This document shows, piece by piece, positions 1-64,000 of a stretch of 64,000 nucleotides of DNA. The position numbers and the translations under genes are program-made. Under the pieces are notes generated by a model that did not search any database, had not been told where the DNA came from, and saw only the letters and a list, made by a program, of their open reading frames with translations. The stretch lies in assembly GCA_051362555.1 (NCBI GenBank), contig CM120641.1:12462001-12526000 (forward strand). The letters are read 5' to 3'. Within the stretch, counting starts at the first letter, position 1. The number at the start of each line of letters is the position of its first letter. This stretch comes from Lingula anatina (lineage: Eukaryota > Animalia > Brachiopoda).

Positions 1-195
1 ATTCAAAATGAACTTTACTAACATCCTCTCTGAAAGACCTAAATTGTCTTGTGGATTTCAGCACTTTTGGGAAATTAAAAAATATATATAATGTTTGTTC
101 CATCTATAAAAAGTAAGTGACTCACAAAATTGCGTTTTTTTAGTCTATCCATTGAGTGGGTGTAAGAAACGGATCTCACTTTAGACTTCAAGGGT

Positions 196-364
196 CAGGC
201 CTGTAGCCAGCAATTTCAGAGGGGGGGGGTTCGTTTTCTGAAAAAGTGGACCTTTTACCATAAAATCCTCAAATACATAGGTCAAATTTTACCCAGAGTG
301 GACCTTTTCCCAGCAAAAAGGGTGGTTCTTTCGAACCTCCCGAACCCCCCTGGCTACGGGCCTG
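196..364. mobile_element. MITE (~169 bp) with 15-bp TIRs and 5-bp TSD (hAT5-like, tentative)
   Basis: TIR CAGGCCTGTAGCCAG (196-210) / CTGGCTACGGGCCTG (350-364), 1 mismatch; flanked by AGGGT at 191-195 and 365-369. Confidence 0.85.
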
Positions 365-394
365 AGGGTCTCTATGGTCCTTATCAGTTGCTAT

Positions 395-1707
395 TTAAGA
401 CAAACACAAATGATAGGCTACAAGAATAGCGTCCAGGTTGCTTGGTGTGATTTTAAACATTCGTTGCAATTTTTCCACTGCTGATGGTTCCTCAACACAA
501 CACAAGATATTGTCAAAAGGTATCCAAATGGTGTCATCGCTCTCCGGCCATTGGAAGAGACTTTTCTGTTTCTCTAAAAAGTTGATCTCTGCCTCTCTGT
601 CTGATTTGTCGATATCTTGTACTTTCCCCAGGTACCATTCTTTTTCACAGACCACTGCTGCAAAATCACCTACCGTCACCGCCACCATTTGTCCAGTGAT
701 GCGATGGGTTATGCCTTTTTCTTTGCTCAATCTTGTTTCAATTTTTATTGGTACAAACAAATGTGTGCCTTCCCAGATGTCACACAATCTGCCCTGGATA
801 CACAACAGCCTTTAGAATCAGCACCATATTCTGGTGCTTTGTGCAAAGACAGCTGTGTCTGGCAATGTGATGTTGACAGAATGTGCCTGGGTCGAAGACA
901 TCGAAAGGTTTCCAGGGATATCTTTACTATTGTCATCTTGTACAGCTTGCCTGTTTTTTTTTCCGCTACTCATATCCGACGATCTTTTGACCAGTTCATC
1001 CCCTTTTCCCGAGTCCTCGACAAATAATTCCGGCACATGCCAGCAGCAGTGGAAAGAAATCTGAGGCAACGATACTTCCTCACAATCTTCCCAGCCACTA
1101 TATTACGCAAAATTTTCATCTTACTTCTTGGTGTAACTTGTTTAGCTTGACCCACTGCAGCTCCTAAAACATTTCCTATAAGTAATTGCTTCCGCACAGT
1201 GTTAGCTTTGGTCCTTTTCAACATAGCCTGCCATATGGTGCGTTCTGTCTTGGTTTTGGGATTTGTGGAGAATTCAGGTGATCCCATATTTCGTCTTCTA
1301 CAATGGCTAAAGCGTTGCCTGATAGCATTCTCCCTCTTTCTCATGGCATTTACCTGTGCCTGTAGTGCTTTAATTGTTTTTTGTGCCTGCCTTAAGTTTC
1401 TTCTCAAACTTTTATCTCCACGCTGTGGCCACCTCACACATACAACAAGCCTCTCTGGTGGTGATTGCTGTGGACTTGCCTTGGTAACTTCTACAGCAGC
1501 TAGGAGCTCTTCCTTCCTTTGGTGAAGTCTAAGTTTTCGTGCTTTAGTCTTCGCATTTCTCTTTCGTCTTTCACGGTCGGTTAAGGAGGCGGAAGGTACA
1601 TAGTATTTTCGAACTCTTTTTCTTTCCCTTTCCAGGAATGCTTCACCCTCATTTTTCTTTTTACGAGATCGATAATTTTTTTGAATCTCAGCTCTTGTTT
1701 TCGCCAT
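395..1707 (-). pseudogene. Decayed, internally deleted DNA-transposon (Sola2-like, tentative) protein gene
   Basis: 245-aa basic coiled-coil ORF (MAKTRAEIQKNYRSRKK...) ends at a TGA followed by an A9 frameshift run. It then resumes with a DDNSKDIPG motif and a C-terminal Tudor/SH3-like segment (VGDFAAVV..WYLGKV..EINFL..FQWP..IWI) typical of invertebrate transposon ORFs; no DDE core is visible. Family assignment is from memory. Confidence 0.5.
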
Positions 1708-1739
1708 TTTCTGAAAAATAATTTGATTGTATATATAAT

Positions 1740-2940
1740 GATAATGTTACGTCCGGTATCAATGTATTTCCTGTTCTACTATTTGGCACTGCACTCACTG
1801 CGCTCGCTGGCGATTATTTTTTCTTTACAGTAGTCTTGTTTGACATTTATTCCATGCGAAGCAAGAGAGGCAGTAGATAGTTGTGCGGGCTGGCTGCCGC
1901 GTTTTATGTTTTCTGAAAGTATTTGATGGAATTCACATAAAATTCTTATTACGACAAAATCATTACATCGTCACTGAGGGTTTTATGGATATCTTTACAC
2001 TCACCTCATCTAATCTTTAGCAGCACAGAGACAAGACTTTGTGCCTCGATATGACAGATAACTCTGGTGTTTTTAACCTCCAAATTCTAAAAAAATATCA
2101 TTCGGGTGTTTAGTTTCGTTCAAAAATTGTTTGGAATCAAATTAGCTTACATATTGAATGAAACAAGCAGTGTTCAGTCTAAATATCATTTCTATTCGTT
2201 TATATCAAAGTTAATTTCTTGAATGTTTATTTTCTTTCAACATTTGTTTCGTTGACCAAGTCAATGGCCAAATCGTTTTATTTTGGTTGTTCCACTATGT
2301 GTTTAAAATCCTGTAAAGCGTTGATTATTTGCAAGTATGTAGTTTCATTGTCACCAAAAAGTAATTAAATACATTTCTTCACTCATTGTCAAATTTTTTG
2401 AAAACACATATGTTAATTTTTTCAATTTACTGACGACTTCAATAACGCAAGGAGTACAAGGAAGGGTACATGCACACTAGATGGAACAGCTAGTCTATTT
2501 CGAGGCCATTGATTAGGCGTGAGAACCGAAGCGCTTATTTTGGACACTCAAAATAGGAATATAGATTATTTTCATTACACGATATACATATCGTGTTGCA
2601 ACCGAGTTGCAGGTGAGTAAGTGTCCACAACTGTAGTATGAACACGGTACTTTTGTTTTGCAGTTGTTAGGAAACATGATCAATTAGAGGGAGACTCGGC
2701 AAGATATTGTTGTTGCACTCAGCGTAGGCATTTAAGAGCGTCAACACAGATTCACCGGGCGAACTGGGGTCCCCAATTTTCGCGTCAAGTGTCAACTCCC
2801 TTTCCTAATATTAAGCACGATGCAAGCTAAATAGTTATTACTGTTTACAAACGCGGTAGGTTGTTTTAGTTAACGAAGCTGTCGAATGCGGGTATATAAA
2901 TGTGTATATTGTTGTTGGTGGGTCATGCATCGGTTCCCCC
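1740..2940. promoter_or_regulatory. CpG-retaining putative promoter region with candidate non-coding first exon (donor after 2612)
   Basis: CpG is visibly frequent here but depleted in the downstream gene body; consensus donor CAG|GTGAGT at 2612/2613. Confidence 0.4.
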
Positions 2941-5900
2941 TCTGCAACAGGTGGTTGAATAATGGAGGGGAGGCTGTCAGAGAAATAGCTGTATCTATTT
3001 GTTAAATACCATGTTTTTATTAATGTCGATTGCTCAGGTTATTTCACAAGGATATTTGATATTAATGCACAGTGCTTCATGTTATTGTTAACAGAATTTG
3101 TATTGGATGCTGTTTCTGTTCAACTGGTTGGGTTAAACAAGACTCATTCTATATTAGTGAGTCCAACCCCCAATCAAGAGTCCCAATCAATATAAAATCA
3201 TGAGGGGCAGGTTTGTCTAGTATTTCATTACTTTTGAAAATGCAGACCGTTAACATAACATATAGTTGATTTTGCATTATGTTTGAAAACGAATATGATA
3301 GTTTTTGAAATAATAGTTTTTGGAAGTCAGGGCTAGGTGGTAGATATATATAGGGTAGAGCGTACAGGTTTAATCTTTTTATGTACATACAACTTATGAA
3401 TGTTGAGTGCAGTGTTGTTTCTGACCCCTTGTCATAAAGAACAACTGACAGACATAACCCGCTCATTGAAAGATGTTTGTCATGTGTTTGCATAGTCTTT
3501 ATGAATGTTATTTAGTCAGCAGGTCAACCTTGGTTTGTTGTTTAGCTTTGACATTACCAAAGATTTTTCCATGTTGCTGAATTCTCACAAAGGGTTATAT
3601 ATTTTTGATGCGTATGACATTTTGTGTTGTCTGTGTTAGAACCAGAATACATATGAACTCCCCCCCCCCAAAAAAAAAAAAAAATACTTCCTGTTTTTTT
3701 CCAATTTTAAATAATATTTAAGAAATTATGACTTGGTATATGAAAGAATATACAGCTAATTTACCTATCCCAAAAATACTGAGTATTGTATTGAAATCCA
3801 TTTACATACCCCATATCCATAGATATTGACAAACCCTGTTACAGTAAAGTATTGTTACTCGAAAGATAAATATTTAGGTTATCTACATTCTGCGTTCTTT
3901 AAACATTGATCTGTTTGTTCTCCTTGCAGAAATAGCTGGCGTTTGATTGTTGCATCAACAAAATATCAAATTTTTCTCTCACCTCAGTGAATTGGCAGTT
4001 TGAGTTCAGGCATTCTGATACTATCTTAACTGGCATTATACAAATTTCTCTAGCATAACAATCTTGTCATTCTTCTAATTGTGACACTTGAAATTGCAGT
4101 GAAAATAAAAAATAGCTCATGTGTTCTTGTTTTTGATGTACAGCCTTCTTGAATTTGATAAAGTATATTTCTTTGAGTTAGATCTAGTTGAAAAAGAAAA
4201 ATTGAAGTTGGCAGCATTACAATATTGCATGTTCATAGCCATGTGTATATTCTTAACACAGTCTGCCTCATTTCATGAACTGTCCTGTTGTATGGAGTGA
4301 GGATAAAAAGATAAGGCTATATATGGCAATATAAATAGAAAGTAAAACCTAAAAGATCGTGTGGCAAAGCATTCAGTCTGGGACTTCAACACAGGGTATG
4401 TAGATCAGATTTAGGGCTTTGTACTTGCGAATGACTTGCACTGCATAGATGAGGAAGAATTGATGGTGCAATATTGGTAATGCTTGATGTAGTACAGATT
4501 GCACCAAGCTTGTCCTATTATATTCTGTGTATTATTAAGCATAGTTGAAGGCTCTTGTCAGGGCTGAGATCTGCAGTATATAATAAAAAGGCCACCCGAT
4601 CTCAACTTCTAGAATGGCACGGGCTATTTACTCTGAGCACAAGCACCATAAAGGGATCAGGTCCCATTAAATTAGCTCTCTAATTGAAATGTTTGTTTTC
4701 TTTAACTGAAAAGATTGTGCTGATTGCAATTTTTGCTTTGATACCTGGGCAGAATAAATGGCAATAAATAAGTAAGGCGAGGTTGGCCTGTTCTTTTGAT
4801 TCAGTTGACACAAGGAGGTGTAGGCTAGAGTCACCGGTTGGGAAAAATCTATGGAGGATTATTGAATTACAAAGCAGTGTGGGTTTGCATAATAAACATT
4901 TTTTCCTTTATGTCAGGTGCACATTGAGTTGTGGCCTATGACACGGCTTTATATCTGAATATGCATGCTGAATTAATGTAGAGGTATGTATGTCTGTATA
5001 CCTGCTGGTATGTCGATATCAAAAAGGGGACACCTTTAAAAGATGTGAGGGACATTATATATTCTGAAGTGGGATGTTGTGAAATCTTATCTCAAAATTT
5101 TTCATGTCAATAAGTGACTAGTTGTAAACAGGTCAGAAATTTTTTGATAAAACTTGACAGCAGTTCAGTCTATGAAGATAAAAAGCCTCATCCTGGCATC
5201 ACACTTTACCTATCCCAATGACCTATTTGTGTTTATGTTAGAACTGTGGTCCTCCACTGTGACTAAGCAAGTATCAGAGGGCTAACAATACAGCAGTGTT
5301 TACCTGAGGGATAATATACAAGGTGGAAGGCTGATGTGTTGGTTACATGGTCATCCCCTGAAAGGATCCCTAGAAAAGTTGCTCATTCATTAAAATTAAC
5401 AGGGTGGAGATAAAGTGCTAGCCTACTTGCCAGTGCTAATCTTACTTCTTTTCCAATGAGTGCTTTGACAAACAGGGTTTTTTCAAGCGTGGGATATTTT
5501 ATCTTATGGCATAAATATTCAGGTAGACTATCCTTTCTAGGAACTTAGTAGCTTTGCACCCCTGAAATATTTGTTTTTTGAATGAATAATTTATTTCAAT
5601 TTGAGTGCATATTGTACTTTCAAACATAGAGTTTGTTACTGATTTTAATTCACCTTGACTGTTTAAAGCATCAGCTGAGGGTTACTGTTTTTATTGTTAT
5701 TTTATTGTATAGCCAGCATGGTATTGGCTTGGATGTGTTGTGGACAGTATCTTATGAGAGGTTTCAAATATAATACAATGGGCCATTTTATGGCAGCCTT
5801 CACAATAAAGCTCTTTCCTTCAGAAAAGAAAGGAAATGAGTATTTGAACACAGATTGAAATCTAACTGCACTAAACACACAGCACATTCTGTCTGGAAGG

Positions 5901-8362
5901 GAAAATCATTTTTGCAAAATGTGTCCCTTATTGGCACTTTTCAGAACTGTAATATGATCAGTTGATCAAATATATGATTTAATGCTCTGTCTGGTTGATA
6001 ATGGACTTGTATTTATTAATGTAAAAAGGAAAATATTATACAAATGCTGAATGAATGTTTTAAATCTATTCATTTGTTGCTTAAAAAGATGCCATATGTA
6101 AAATATTGTACACATTACCCCCCCCCCCATACAATTAGTAAAATTCCTTCTTCCTTCAGGTAATTAGTCTTTGATTTATCAATCTTTTTGAGACTCATTA
6201 TATTGAGAAAATGTTTCCATGTTTCACACAGAGGCATAGTTTTGGAATATATATTGAAGATGAGCAAAAAATGGTGTATTTCCATGTTAGTGGTCAGAAG
6301 GTGTGGGCTCAGGTGTGTTGGAATGATACCCTGGGGCTGTCACTGGAACCATAAAGTGGGTAGACAGCAGGGATAATGATCTTCTTATCCCCAGGGTGAC
6401 TATAAACATGTTACTCTGGTATCTTACCTCAATCTACAACTTAAGAAGAATAGAGCCTTAGATGCTTGTATGCTTCAAATCTAGTCAGTTATAAATCAGA
6501 TGGCATGAGAGGAGAGTCCTTGTTTAGCATGTTAAGAGATATATGGTACTACAGTCAGAATTTTTGGTTTTGTTACTTGATTGTCTTTAAGAAAAGGCAT
6601 TAAGAAAAATTGCCATTATTGTCACATTGAGGTTTATAAGTGTGCTAACCAAGTTTGCTGCAGATAGATATCAAAAAGAAATGTCAAGAAAGAAATAATG
6701 ATGGTAATGTGAAACTATTTATGTCATATATATACTCAGATATTGAATGTACCTTTGAATAAGGAGTAAAATCCACATTTCTGTAAATTTGGAAATTGAA
6801 TAAGCATTGACAGTTATTTATGCAAGTGGACATTAAATTGGTATTTACCATATATAAAAGAGCACAAAGGAGATCTTTTTTGTTAGAGCAACGAGTCGTA
6901 CCCCACAAGTTTCAAGCATTTTTTTCTGTTTCTAACATTTAGATAGTGATGTTACATGTATTATATCATGGAGATAAATCTTCTTTTCTTATAACACTTT
7001 TTAAAGCAATAGATTACCACAAAAATACCATATAAAATTATGTGAAAGCTGCTGAAGCCCATTTGTCAGTTGTGATGTATCTCATCTCAATATCTGTGTA
7101 TAATTGGATGTGTCTGCAAGTAATGTTGCTTGTCTCATGTGGCGGTAAGTGGGACTGTTACCAACAATTGTTGCCTGTGAACATAAATTTATTGTACTTT
7201 TTCCTCAAAGCTTGCTGTTACATATATTACATGGTAAAGACTTAGGATGTGTATGTTGTATGCAAGAAGAGTTACACATAAGAAGTTCTGCATGCTAGAA
7301 TCCCATTGTGTTTGTCCCGCTGAAGAATTTTACTTGTGACCTCTAAGATGTGACGGAATGTATAACTATGCCAACTTCCAGGTAGATAACACTAAGATAA
7401 TCTGTTTACTTAATCAATACAGGAGCTGTCCTTAATGGAAGAGAAAATAACACTGAATGAGAAATAAATGGCAGGAATGTTCTGAATATTTTTACTTAAA
7501 TTTACTTGCTTCATATGAATTAATTTAGATCAGTAGTTGGTTATCTCTCTTTGATCTTGTATTGTCTGACATTAGTTGGCAAAGGTGTCGTGTTCGTAAG
7601 TACTTGGGATACTTAAAATACTTTAGGGCAATATTTGATCAAGTGAGCCTGCCAATCTATGAAGACTCGTAGGCAGGCAGCAGCATCTCTTGTGGCTACT
7701 GTATTGTGGAATTATACATGTGTAATAGTACTACATGTCTTGTTGTAACTAGTTGTAAGGTTTCATTTGTCATACAGTAAACCTTAGCATATATATATAT
7801 CTGATTCAGAAATCTGTCCAAAACCACCAACCACAGACTCTATTCTCATCTTGTATTATTGAAATAAGAGTAAATACAGTCACTTCACTCTTGGGTTCAA
7901 CATGTGAAATTTATTCTCCTCCTGCTGTAGTATTTGGCATACCTGTCCTAATACCCCTGCTTGTGTTGATAGTTACCATTTGTGTGACATGTTTGTCTGT
8001 TTTGGGGGGTAGCAGCCTCCATAAAACAAAAACAGCCTGCTGGCGTGTGTTGACTCAAGTTCTCAGGTTCACGTAATGTATGTAACAGAGGCATTTACCA
8101 GGACAGCCATCATTCATTATGTAATGTTGAAGAGAGTGAGTTCAGGTTATATGCTGCATTACAGTTCTTTGTTAGTTAGTGATGATAATTACAAACTTTG
8201 TTTTATAAATGCAAAATTTTTAAAACTAATATATGCCTTTCAGCAATACAGAATATGGTGTTTTTTTCATGAAGTCTAAACAAAAACCAGTGTCAGATTT
8301 GAAATATTTCCTCTTGGTTTCTTTCAGGCCATATTCCACTTAGCCTTACAATGACCTAGAAG

Positions 8363-63897
<55,535 letters not shown>

Positions 63898-64000
63898 GTA
63901 AGTTTATTTATCATTGGGGTGTTTTGGAAATTATTATTATTTTTGTGACTGGGTGTAGTGCCTTGGTGAGGACACAGAAGATAGACAGTTGAGCAGGAAT

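Noticed and set aside
3149-8279. Numerous 60-115 aa ORFs in intronic DNA here and throughout the window
   Set aside because: AT-rich chance frames, many starting at TTG/GTG, without splice-phase or homology support

Overview
AT-rich animal genomic DNA, probably from an invertebrate/lophotrochozoan (taxon is inference). The window is dominated by one giant + strand multi-exon gene that I traced by hand through about 41 coding exons, all GT..AG and phase-consistent. It gives about 3,450 aa inside the window and is still open at the right edge. In order it encodes: an ~835-aa low-complexity N-terminal exon with 11 tandem 21-aa repeats; a complete SESTD1-like module (Sec14/CRAL-TRIO plus spectrin repeats) with no stop codon; a CCDC141-like spectrin-repeat rod; and a run of titin/sallimus(kettin/zormin)-type I-set Ig domains. 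These are the three genes that lie adjacent in vertebrates (SESTD1-CCDC141-TTN), here apparently one transcription unit. The 16.4-kb intron between the SESTD1 and CCDC141 parts holds an alternative first exon encoding the conserved CCDC141 N-terminus, behind a CArG/E-box cluster. It also holds a very young gag-only Gmr1-like Ty3/Gypsy LTR element and a 73-bp hairpin whose only non-Watson-Crick pairs are G-U. Other features are a pair of homologous, probably mutually exclusive exons, small MITEs, a decayed DNA-transposon ORF at the left end, and microsatellites. Homology calls rest on recalled reference sequences, not database searches.
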